NCBI GenBank assembly: GCA_963767925.1
Contig: CAVYGB010000008.1
Location: forward strand, 320,001 to 384,000
Direction of reading: 5' to 3'
Length of the DNA stretch: 64,000 bases
Source: an uncultured delta proteobacterium
GTDB taxonomy: Bacteria > Myxococcota_A > Polyangia > Fen-1088
A model generated the notes under the pieces. That model searched no databases. It was given only the letters and a program-made list of their open reading frames with translations, and was not told the DNA's origin. This document shows, piece by piece, positions 22,401 through 31,207 of this stretch. The translations under genes and the position numbers were made by a program. Numbering within the stretch: position 1 is the stretch's first letter; each line of letters starts with the position of its first letter.

Positions 22401-22871
22401 GACCAGCCGGTTGATGTCGACCAGCACGTCGACGGTGCGCCGCCCGGCCAGGGCGATGCCCTCCCGGGCCCGCTCGCAGAAGCTGCGCGAACTGCCGGCC
22501 GCCCGTCGACCAGCGCCAGGTAGGGCTGCAGCTCGATCTGGGAGGCGGGCGTCGTAACGCAGGGGCAGCTTCTCCGCCTGCTCGTCGAGGAAGAAGTCGA
22601 ACGGATTGATGGTCGTCAGGTCGGCGACCAGGTCGACCTCGACCCGCAGCTCGGGCGCCGGGCTGGGGAACACCAGGCGGGCCTGGTGGTTGCCGAAGGG
22701 GTCCTGCTGCCAGTTCAGAAAGTGTTCGGCCGGCGAGACCCGCAGCGAATACGCGACGATGGGCGTGCGACAGTGGGGTGCCGGGCGCAGGCGCACGACG
22801 TGCGGCGAGAACTTGACCGGCCGGTCATACCGATAGGAGGTGACGTGGTTGAGGGCGATGCGAATGGCCAT
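19438..22871 (-). CDS. Large transglutaminase plus DUF2126 (putative COOH-NH2 ligase) protein; several frameshifts
   Basis: [124 protein letters not shown]. Confidence 0.88.
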
Positions 22872-23031
22872 GGGTACGGATCCGGTAGCTCCCTTCCGAG
22901 CGCAAGCGGGATTTGGGCAGATTAGGGAGCCGCCTGTAAACGGGAGATTTCCAAGCCGACAAAACGGCGTAAACATGCAACCCGACCAGTCAAAGCGACC
23001 GCCGCTTCTGATTACATGTCGGGAAAAGGGG

Positions 23032-24524
23032 ATGGGCGACCCTGTGCTTTTTCAAGGCTACCAACCACTAGACGGGACCTACGACGAGATGATCGACGGC
23101 GAGCGGGTCGCCGCGGCCGGCTGCTCGGCGGGCGGTCGCGCATGCTGGACCGGCTGTCGCCGGGCGAGTTCGGACAGGCCCAGGCCCTGGCCGAGCTGTC
23201 GCTGTTCAACCAGGGCGTGACCTTCTCGGTCTACTCGGACAAGCGGGGGACGGAGAAGATCTTCCCCATCTGCCTGTGTCCGCGGGTGATCGCGGCCGAG
23301 GAGTGGGCCCGGGTCGAGCGCGGCCTGGCCCAGCGGATCGCCGCGCTCTGCGCGTTCCTCGACGACGTGTACGGCGATCAGCTCATCTTCAAGTCCGGCA
23401 ACGGCGTGCAGCGGGCGCGCTTCCCGGCCGACCTCATCCTGGGGGCCAAGTTCTTCCTGCCCAAGCTGCGGGGGCTGCGTCCGCCGGGTGGCGTGCGCAT
23501 CCCCATCGCCGGCATCGACCTCATCCGCGGACCCGACGGCGAGTTCCGGGTGCTGGAGGACAACGTGCGCACCCCTTCGGGCGTCTCCTACGTGGTCGAG
23601 AACCGGCTGGTCACCAAGCGCATCTTCCAGGGCGCGGTCGACGAGAACGCGGTCCGCCCGGTCGAGCAGTACCCCACTGCAGCTGCGCCGAGACGCTGCG
23701 GGCCCTGTCGCCCGACGACCCGGCGACCCGCGGCGTGGTGCTGCTGACGCCGGGCCCCTTCAACTCGGCCTACTTCGAGCACACCTTCCTGGCGCGGACC
23801 ATGGGCATCGAGCTGGTCGAGCCCGGCGATCTCTTCGTGGAGGAGGACACGGTCTTCGTGCGCACCACCTACGGTCCGCAGCGGGTGCACGTCATCTACC
23901 GGCGCATCGACGACGCCTACCTCGATCCCGAGTTCTTCCGCCCCGACAGCATGCTCGGCGTGCCGGGGCTGATGCGGTCCTACGCCGCCGGCCGGGTCAC
24001 GCTGGTCAACGCCCCCGGCAACGGCTGCGCCGACGACAAGGCGGTCTACCCCTTCGTCCCCGACATGATCCGCTACTACCTCGGCGGAGGAGCCCATCCT
24101 GGCCCAGGTCGACACCTACGTGTGCGCCCGCCCGGACGACCTGCGCTACGTCGTCGAGAACATCGGCAAGCTGGTGGTCAAGGCGGTCGACGAGGCCGGT
24201 GGCTACGGCATGTTGATGGGCCCCCAGGCCAGCGCCAGCCGAGCGCGAGGAGTTCCGGGCCCGCGTGCTGGCCGAGCCCCGCCGTTACATCGCCCAGCAT
24301 CGGGTCGAGCTGTCGACCTGCCCCACCTGGGATCCCGGAGCGGGGCAAGCTGGCCCCCCGGCGGGTCGACCTGCGCCCCTTCATCCTCACCCGTCCCTCC
24401 GGCTCCTGGGTGCTGCCGGGCGGCCTGACCCGGGTGGCCCTCGTCGAGGGCTCTTACATCGTGAACTCCAGCCAGGGCGGCGGCTCGAAGGACACCTGGG
24501 TCCAGAGAGGAGAGCGGCCCATGA
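23032..24524 (+). CDS. Circularly permuted type 2 ATP-grasp protein; several frameshifts, 3' end reconstructed
   Basis: [95 protein letters not shown]. Confidence 0.88.
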
Positions 24525-25528
24525 TTTCGCGGGTAGCCGATCACTGCTTCTGGTTCGGCCGCTACGTCGACCGGGCCGAGAGCACCACCCGCCTGCTGCA
24601 GGCGACGCGCACGCTGGTGTTCGACGCGGACATCCCGGTGACCCAGTGCTGGCAGCCGCTCGTGATCGTCTCGGGCGAATTCCCCGCCTTCCTCGAGCGC
24701 CACGGCGACGAATCGGCGGGCAACGGCGAGGTGGTGCAGAGCTACATGACCTGGGACCGGGACAACCTGGTGAGCCTGCGCAGCAGCGTCAACGGGGCCC
24801 GGGAGAGCGCCCGGGTGATCCGCGACGTGCTGTCGCTCGAGGCCTGGGAAGAGGTCAACGAGCTGTACCTGTGGCTGGGGGGCGCGGAGGCCCAGCGGCT
24901 GTACCGGGAGAACCGGGAGCAGTTCTATCGGCGGGTCCGCAAGTCGACCCAGCTCGTGCTGGGGCTCGTGCGCAGCACGATGTTGCACGACGCCCCCATG
25001 AGCTTCCTCTGGATGGGGGCCATGCTCGAGCGCATGGGCCAGACCGCGCGCATCCTCGACATGCACCACCACACCATGTCCCTGGATCCGGCCGTCGAGC
25101 CGAGCAAGGAGGCGGCCCACCAGATCGTCGAGGTGGCCCTCTGGCTGTCGCTGCTGCGGGCCTGCTCGGGCTACGAGGCCTTCGTCAAGAAGTACCAGGG
25201 CCGGGTCACCGCCCAGGCGGTGGTCTCTTTCCTGCTGTTCGACACCCAGTTTCCCCGGTCGTTGCGCTATTGCCTGCGTTCGGCCCGCAAGATCCTCCAG
25301 GACATCTGGCCGCCCTCGGCCGGCCGGGAGATCGGGCGGCGCTCGCAGGAGCGCCTCGACGAGCTGGGCGCCTGGCTCGATGGCCAGGCCGCGGCCCTCG
25401 AGCCGGGGGGTGTGCACCAGGTGCTCACCCACGTCGTCGACGAGACCGCCCGCATCTGCATCTCGGTAGGAGAAGAGATCCTGGGACCGGAGACCGTGGC
25501 GGTCGCTTCCCAGAGTCAAAGTCAGTAA
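24521..25528 (+). CDS. Alpha-E domain protein
   Basis: [50 protein letters not shown]. Confidence 0.88.
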   Translation: MISRVADHCFWFGRYVDRAESTTRLLQATRTLVFDADIPVTQCWQPLVIVSGEFPAFLERHGDESAGNGEVVQSYMTWDRDNLVSLRSSVNGARESARVIRDVLSLEAWEEVNELYLWLGGAEAQRLYRENREQFYRRVRKSTQLVLGLVRSTMLHDAPMSFLWMGAMLERMGQTARILDMHHHTMSLDPAVEPSKEAAHQIVEVALWLSLLRACSGYEAFVKKYQGRVTAQAVVSFLLFDTQFPRSLRYCLRSARKILQDIWPPSAGREIGRRSQERLDELGAWLDGQAAALEPGGVHQVLTHVVDETARICISVGEEILGPETVAVASQSQSQ

Positions 25529-25571
25529 GCGGTCGCCGCCGGACCGCAACGACGTCAGTCAGGAGCGAAGC

Positions 25572-28100
25572 GTGCCCGAACCAACCCTCCCCAGCAGCAA
25601 CGACAAGGCCAGCCTCAAACGCACGACGTCCATCACCCGGGTGGGCATGGATCCGGGGACCTTCAAGCGGTCGGTGCTCGATCACCTGCTCTACACCTGC
25701 GCCCGCGAGCTGCGCGAGGCCTCGGTGCGGGATCTCTACCAGGCCCTGGCCCACACCGTGCGCGACCGGCTGGTGCACCGCTGGCTCGCCACCCAGCGGA
25801 CCTATCAGGAGCGCGACGTCAAGCGGGTCTACTATCTGTCCTCGGAGTTCCTGACCGGACGCAGCCTCGGGCTGTGCCTGCTCAACCTGGGGCTGTACGA
25901 GACGGCCGAGGCCCTGGCCGGCGAGCGCAACTTCGACCTCGAGGAGGTGCTCGACCAGGAGGGAGACCCCGGCCTGGGCAACGGCGGCCTGGGGCGGCTG
26001 GCCGCGTGTTTCATGGACTCGCTGGCCACCCTGGCCCTGCCCGCGGTGGGCTGCGGCATCCGCTACGACTTCGGGATCTTCGAGCAGCGGATCGAAGATG
26101 GCCGCCAGGTTGAGCTGCACGACAACTGGCTCCAGGGCGGAAACGCCTGGGAGCTGCCCCGCCTCGAGGACGCCCTCACCGTACGCCTGGGCGGCCGGAC
26201 CGAGATGCGCCACGATCCCGACGGGCGGCTGCGGGTGGACTGGATCTCCGCTCGCACCATCCTGGGGGTGCCCTACGACTCCTTCATCGTCGGCCACAAG
26301 GCCGACACGGTGAACACCTTGCGGCTGTGGGCGGCGCGGGCCACCCAGGACTTCAACCTCAAGTTCTTCAACGCCGGGGACTACCGGCGGGCGGTCGAGG
26401 AGAAGATCGACTCGGAGAACATCTCCAAGGTCCTCTATCCCAACGACCAGACCGAAGAGGGCAAGGCCCTCCGCCTCAAGCAGCAGTACTTCTTCGTGGC
26501 CTGCTCGGTGGGGGACATCGTCCGCCGCTTCAAGAGGGCCCACCGGGGCTTCGAGCTGTTCCCCAAACGGGTGGCCATCCAGCTCAACGACACCCACCCC
26601 TCGATCGCGATCGCCGAGCTGATGCGCATCTTCCTCGACGAGGAGGGGCTCGACTGGGACACCGCCTGGTCGCTCACCGAGCGGACCTTCGGCTACACCA
26701 ACCACACCCTCATGCCCGAGGCCCTGGAGAAGTGGCCGGTGCCGCTGCTCGAGGAGCTGCTGCCCCGGCACCTGCAGATCATCTTCGAGATCAACCAGCG
26801 CTTCTTGCGGCGGGTGCAGACGCAGTGGCCGACCGACCTCGATCGCCTGGCCCGCATGTCGATCATCGAGGAGGCCTCACCCAAGCAGGTGCGCATGTCT
26901 CACCTCGCCACCGTGGGCTCCCACAGCGTGAACGGGGTGGCCCAGCTCCACACCGACCTGGTGAAGCGGGACCTGCTCTCGGACTTTCACCAGCTCCTGC
27001 CCGATCGCTTCAACAACAAGACCAACGGTGTCTCCCCCCGCCGCTGGGTCCTCTACTCCAACCCCCGCCTCACCCACCTCATCAGCTCCCGCCTGGGCTC
27101 GGACTGGATCGACCGGGACCTGCGCGAGCTGCGCAACGTCGCCCGGCTGACCGGCGACCGCCCCTTCCTCGAGGCCCTGGGGGCGGTCAAGCGGGCCAAC
27201 AAGCGCGACCTGGCGGTGCTCGTCCAGCGGCGCCTCGGCATCGAGGTGCCGCCCGAGGCGATGTTCGTCGCCCAGGTCAAGCGCTTCCACGAGTACAAGC
27301 GGCAGCTCCTGGCCTGCTTCCAGGTCGTCGCCCATTACCTCAAGATCAAGAATAACCCGGACCTCGACGTGGTCCCCCGGGTCTACCTGTTCGCGGGCAA
27401 GGCGGCGGCCGGCTACACGATGGCCAAGCTGCATATCAAGCTCATCAACGACGTGGCGGCGGTGGTGAACAGCGATCCGGTGGTCCAGGGCAAGCTGGCC
27501 CTGGCCTTCCTGCCCAACTACGGCGTCTCTCTGGCCCAGGCCATCATCCCTGCCGCCGATCTGTCGGTGCAGATCTCGACCGCCGGCAAGGAGGCCTCCG
27601 GCACCAGCAACATGAAGTTCGCCCTCAACGGGGCCCTCACCATCGGCACCCTCGACGGGGCCAACGTCGAGATCCGGGACGAGGTGGGCCCCGAGAACTT
27701 TTTCCTGTTCGGCCTGCGCGCCGACGAGGTGACCCGCTTGCGCCAGGAGGGCTACGACCCCCAGGCCTACCTGCAGCGCAGCCCGGCCCTCAGCGAGGTC
27801 CTGGCGCTGATCGAGTCGGGCTTCTTCAGCTTCGGCGAGCCGGAGCGGTTCGCCCCCATCCTCGACAGCATCCGCTGGCACGACCCTTACATGATCTGCG
27901 CCGACTTCGAGGACTTCGTGGCCGCCGAGGGGCGGGCGGCCGAGCTGTTCCGCGACCCCATCGAGTGGTCGCGACGGGCCTTGCTCAACATCGCGGGGGC
28001 CAGCCATTTTTCCAGCGACGAGACCATCCGCAAATACGCCACCGACATCTGGGGCCTGCAGCCGGTGACCGTCGACCTCCAGCTCATCGGCGAGCGCTGA
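25572..28100 (+). CDS. glgP: Glycogen/starch phosphorylase
   Basis: LGNGGLGRLAACFMDS, IQLNDTHP, YTNHTLMPEALE, NKTNGVSPRRW, PLP-lysine motif EASGTSNMKF, GTLDGANVEI. Confidence 0.96.
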   Translation: MPEPTLPSSNDKASLKRTTSITRVGMDPGTFKRSVLDHLLYTCARELREASVRDLYQALAHTVRDRLVHRWLATQRTYQERDVKRVYYLSSEFLTGRSLGLCLLNLGLYETAEALAGERNFDLEEVLDQEGDPGLGNGGLGRLAACFMDSLATLALPAVGCGIRYDFGIFEQRIEDGRQVELHDNWLQGGNAWELPRLEDALTVRLGGRTEMRHDPDGRLRVDWISARTILGVPYDSFIVGHKADTVNTLRLWAARATQDFNLKFFNAGDYRRAVEEKIDSENISKVLYPNDQTEEGKALRLKQQYFFVACSVGDIVRRFKRAHRGFELFPKRVAIQLNDTHPSIAIAELMRIFLDEEGLDWDTAWSLTERTFGYTNHTLMPEALEKWPVPLLEELLPRHLQIIFEINQRFLRRVQTQWPTDLDRLARMSIIEEASPKQVRMSHLATVGSHSVNGVAQLHTDLVKRDLLSDFHQLLPDRFNNKTNGVSPRRWVLYSNPRLTHLISSRLGSDWIDRDLRELRNVARLTGDRPFLEALGAVKRANKRDLAVLVQRRLGIEVPPEAMFVAQVKRFHEYKRQLLACFQVVAHYLKIKNNPDLDVVPRVYLFAGKAAAGYTMAKLHIKLINDVAAVVNSDPVVQGKLALAFLPNYGVSLAQAIIPAADLSVQISTAGKEASGTSNMKFALNGALTIGTLDGANVEIRDEVGPENFFLFGLRADEVTRLRQEGYDPQAYLQRSPALSEVLALIESGFFSFGEPERFAPILDSIRWHDPYMICADFEDFVAAEGRAAELFRDPIEWSRRALLNIAGASHFSSDETIRKYATDIWGLQPVTVDLQLIGER

Positions 28101-28106
28101 TGCCGT

Positions 28107-29141
28107 TCAGGGGGTGAACGCCTCGGCGGCGCTGGCGTCTTCTCGCTCGAACGAGGCGGTGAACACCGGCTTGCCCCCGTTTTTTCCTACCACCAGCCGC
28201 CCCGGGCGGGCCCAGGAGACCCGGGCCCCCGCGAGGGGGGCGGAGGGCGGCAGCTCCCAGGTCGTATCCTCCCGCGGGTTGTCGTAGGACGCGAGCAGCA
28301 CGAGGCGGGCCGGCTTGCGGGTGGGCGTCTCCAGGAAGGCGAGCCCCAGCCCGTCGCGCGACCAGACCGGGTCGCTGCTGATGAGGGTCCGCCCCTTGCG
28401 CGGATAGACCTGGACGCCGTTGACCGAGACGAACCCGGCCGTGGGCGAGCCGCTCACGAAGGCCAGGCGATCGTGCTTGCCGGTGAACGCGAAGCGGACC
28501 CCCTGGCAGCGGATGGCCCGCGCTCGCCGGCCGATCGGCTGGATCACGAAGAGGCGCCGGGGGCCGGCCTCGGCGGCCAGCGCCGCCGCGGCCATCTTGC
28601 TGGCCTGCTTGCTGGCGTCCTTGGCCGACGCGGTCTTGCGGGCGGCCTTCTTGACGACCTTGCTCTTGCCCTTGCGGGCCTTGCCCCGCTTCTGCACGGC
28701 GGCCGGCTTCGGCGTCTCCACCACCTCGTAGACCAGCCGGTCATCGTCGAGGAAGCGCAGATCCTTCGGCGGCTCGTCGCTTCCGGGTGCGGTGACCGCC
28801 CGGAACCGCCCGCGCTGCTGGCCGGCCACGTCGACGACCACGATCTCCCAGCGCCGGGGGCGGGCCGGGCGGGCCCGCTTCTTCCCCGGGGGGGTGGCCG
28901 GTCCGCGCACGAAGGCGGCCAGCTTGGGGGGGGCCGGCGAGAGGCGCAGCTCCGCCGGGTCGACCTTGTACTTCTGGCCCAGCTTCTCCTGGACCCGCTG
29001 CAACCACTCCCGAGGCGAGAGCTCGCGCATCTCGATCTCGGGCCAGGGATCGGGCGCCGCCGCGCCCGCACCCGTCGCCGTGGCGCTGGCCACCACGGCG
29101 AGCAGGGCGAGCGCGCCGGCGGTGGGCAGGCCCGCGGACAC
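28107..29141 (-). CDS. Hypothetical exported protein with a Lys/Ala-rich insert
   Basis: GTG start 8 nt after the upstream stop, signal-peptide-like N-terminus, C-terminal DPVWSRDG (TolB/propeller-like motif). Confidence 0.6.
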   Translation of the reverse strand: MSAGLPTAGALALLAVVASATATGAGAAAPDPWPEIEMRELSPREWLQRVQEKLGQKYKVDPAELRLSPAPPKLAAFVRGPATPPGKKRARPARPRRWEIVVVDVAGQQRGRFRAVTAPGSDEPPKDLRFLDDDRLVYEVVETPKPAAVQKRGKARKGKSKVVKKAARKTASAKDASKQASKMAAAALAAEAGPRRLFVIQPIGRRARAIRCQGVRFAFTGKHDRLAFVSGSPTAGFVSVNGVQVYPRKGRTLISSDPVWSRDGLGLAFLETPTRKPARLVLLASYDNPREDTTWELPPSAPLAGARVSWARPGRLVVGKNGGKPVFTASFEREDASAAEAFTP

Positions 29142-29149
29142 AGCCGTCC

Positions 29150-29893
29150 CTAGGAGCGCGCGCGCCGGCGGCGATCGGAGGTGCGGGCGAAGCCAGCGGC
29201 CAGGCCGAGGCCCCCGAGGAGGAAAAACGCCGTCAGGCCGACGTCGCCGCCCGCACCACCCACCGAACATCCACCCGTATTCTGGCTGCTCCGCACGGGC
29301 GTGCCAGGGGCGGCCGTGCCGCCGGTGCCGGTCGGGGAACCCCCCGGTGCGGCGTCGCTACCGGTCGGCCGCCCTCCGTCGTCGACCGGCCGGCTGCCGA
29401 GCGAGTCGGGGCGAGCCGCGTCGGGCGGGGGCGTGTAGCCGCAGATGGCCGGGCTGTTCCCCCAGGGCACCCGTCCGGTGTAGGGCATCGGGCGCGGCTT
29501 GTCGGGCATGCGGCTGGCTTCGCAGGTGGCCGCCACCGGCATCGCCAGGGTCAGCTCGGTGTAAAACTCGGTCTTGCAGCAGGTCTCGCAGCACTCGTAT
29601 GGCATCGCCAGGCCGTAGCGGTACTTGCCGGGCGGGACGCACTCGTCCAGAAAGCCATCGGTACCGATACAGGCGTCGATGCGGACCACCTGGCCAGTGT
29701 CGACGTTCTGGCGGAGCAGGCCCCCGGCGTCCGGACAGCGCCGGCGCTGGAAGTTCGTCGGAACGATGATGAGGGTGGTGCCCAGCGGACTGACCCGGTA
29801 CTCCTGCGCCCCCATACACACAGCCAGCGCGGGTCGGGCAGCCACCGCCACCAGGGGAAAAACGAGAAGTGAGAGTAGGCGGCGGACGTTCAT
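29150..29893 (-). CDS. Cys-rich exported protein with MYXO-CTERM-like tail
   Basis: GGAGG RBS, signal peptide, ten Cys in the mature domain including CCETCC, Pro/Gly/Thr linker, then GGCSVGG, a hydrophobic helix and RRRR. Confidence 0.75.
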   Translation of the reverse strand: MNVRRLLSLLVFPLVAVAARPALAVCMGAQEYRVSPLGTTLIIVPTNFQRRRCPDAGGLLRQNVDTGQVVRIDACIGTDGFLDECVPPGKYRYGLAMPYECCETCCKTEFYTELTLAMPVAATCEASRMPDKPRPMPYTGRVPWGNSPAICGYTPPPDAARPDSLGSRPVDDGGRPTGSDAAPGGSPTGTGGTAAPGTPVRSSQNTGGCSVGGAGGDVGLTAFFLLGGLGLAAGFARTSDRRRRARS

Positions 29894-30013
29894 CGGCTTA
29901 CCTCCAGGGGGGCTAATATAACGCAAGCTCGTGGATGACAAGAACCATCCCTCCCCTGAGACAAAGGAACATCCCTTGTTCTTTTCGCTAGTTAGAAGCG
30001 TATAGTGGTGAGC

Positions 30014-31138
30014 ATGAAGCCGAACTTCGTCGAGGTCGGGTTCTTCTTCGGGGTCTTCTTCGGGGTCTTCCTGGTAGCCGGCGGGATTGCCCCCGCCGGG
30101 GCGGCCGAACCCCCGACCGCGCCGGAAGGAGCGGGATTGACGCGAAAAGCCGTCATCGCCACGACGAGCTACCGGAAGCCGGGGTTGCCCGAGCTGGAAA
30201 AGCGGCTCAACCCGCTGGCCCTCGAGGTGACCCAGCGCGGCGGGACGGAGCCGCCGTTCCGGAACGCCTTGTGGGATCACCACGGCGAGGGGCTCTACGT
30301 CGACGTGGTCACCGGCGAGCCGCTGTTCAGCTCGACCGACAAGTTCGACTCGGGCACCGGCTGGCCCAGCTTCACCCGGCCGGTCGAGGACGGACGCGTC
30401 GTCAACCGGGTCGACCGCGGCCACGGCATGGTCCGGACCGAGGTGCGGTCGCGCAGCGGCGATTCCCACCTGGGCCACCTGTTCGACGACGGGCCGGCGC
30501 CGACCGGGGCGCGCTACTGCATCAACTCCGCCGCCCTCAGCTTCGTGCCGGTCGAGCGGCTGGAGGAGTTCGGATACGCCCCCTATCTGGCGCTGTTCCC
30601 CCGGCGTACGGCGGTGGGCGTGAAGGTGCTGAAGGGCGGGGCGCCCCCCCGGCTGGAGACCGCCTACCTGGCGGGCGGCTGCTTCTGGGGGATGGAAGAC
30701 ATCCTCCGCAAGATCCCCGGCGTGCTCTTCACCGAGGTGGGCTACGCCGGCGGCAACAGCAGCGCGCCGACCTACGAAGACGTCAAGAGCGGCAGCACCG
30801 GCCACGCCGAGACGGTGAAGGTCCTCTTCGATCCCCGGCGCCTCTCCTACGCCGACCTGCTGGAGAAGTGGTTCTTCCGCATGCACGATCCGACCACCAC
30901 CGACCGCCAGGGCAACGACGTCGGCACCCAGTACCGCTCGGCGATCTTCTTCACCTCACCCGAGCAGCGCCAGACCGCCCAGGTGGTCAAGGAGCGGGTG
31001 CAGCGCTCGGGCAAGTGGCCGCGTCCCCTGGTCACCGCGATCACCGAAGCGGGGCCCTTCACCCGCGCCGAGGAGTACCACCAGGATTACCTGAACAAGA
31101 ATCCCGGCGGGTACACCTGCCACTACCTGCGCGAATGA
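30014..31138 (+). CDS. msrAB: Bifunctional methionine sulfoxide reductase (MsrB then MsrA) with signal peptide
   Basis: MsrB motifs [27 protein letters not shown]. MsrA motifs [30 protein letters not shown]. Confidence 0.93.
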   Translation: MKPNFVEVGFFFGVFFGVFLVAGGIAPAGAAEPPTAPEGAGLTRKAVIATTSYRKPGLPELEKRLNPLALEVTQRGGTEPPFRNALWDHHGEGLYVDVVTGEPLFSSTDKFDSGTGWPSFTRPVEDGRVVNRVDRGHGMVRTEVRSRSGDSHLGHLFDDGPAPTGARYCINSAALSFVPVERLEEFGYAPYLALFPRRTAVGVKVLKGGAPPRLETAYLAGGCFWGMEDILRKIPGVLFTEVGYAGGNSSAPTYEDVKSGSTGHAETVKVLFDPRRLSYADLLEKWFFRMHDPTTTDRQGNDVGTQYRSAIFFTSPEQRQTAQVVKERVQRSGKWPRPLVTAITEAGPFTRAEEYHQDYLNKNPGGYTCHYLRE

Positions 31139-31207
31139 GCCGGCGGCGCCGCCAAGGCGGCGTCCTCGCTTCAGTTTTCCGCCGCGGCGGCCGAGACATG
31201 GTCAGAC

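Noticed and set aside
23276..25528. In-frame fusion of the plus-strand ATP-grasp protein with alpha-E
   Set aside because: Not called, because the alpha-E gene has its own AGGAG-like RBS and an ATGA start and the region is indel-rich. Needs read-level confirmation.
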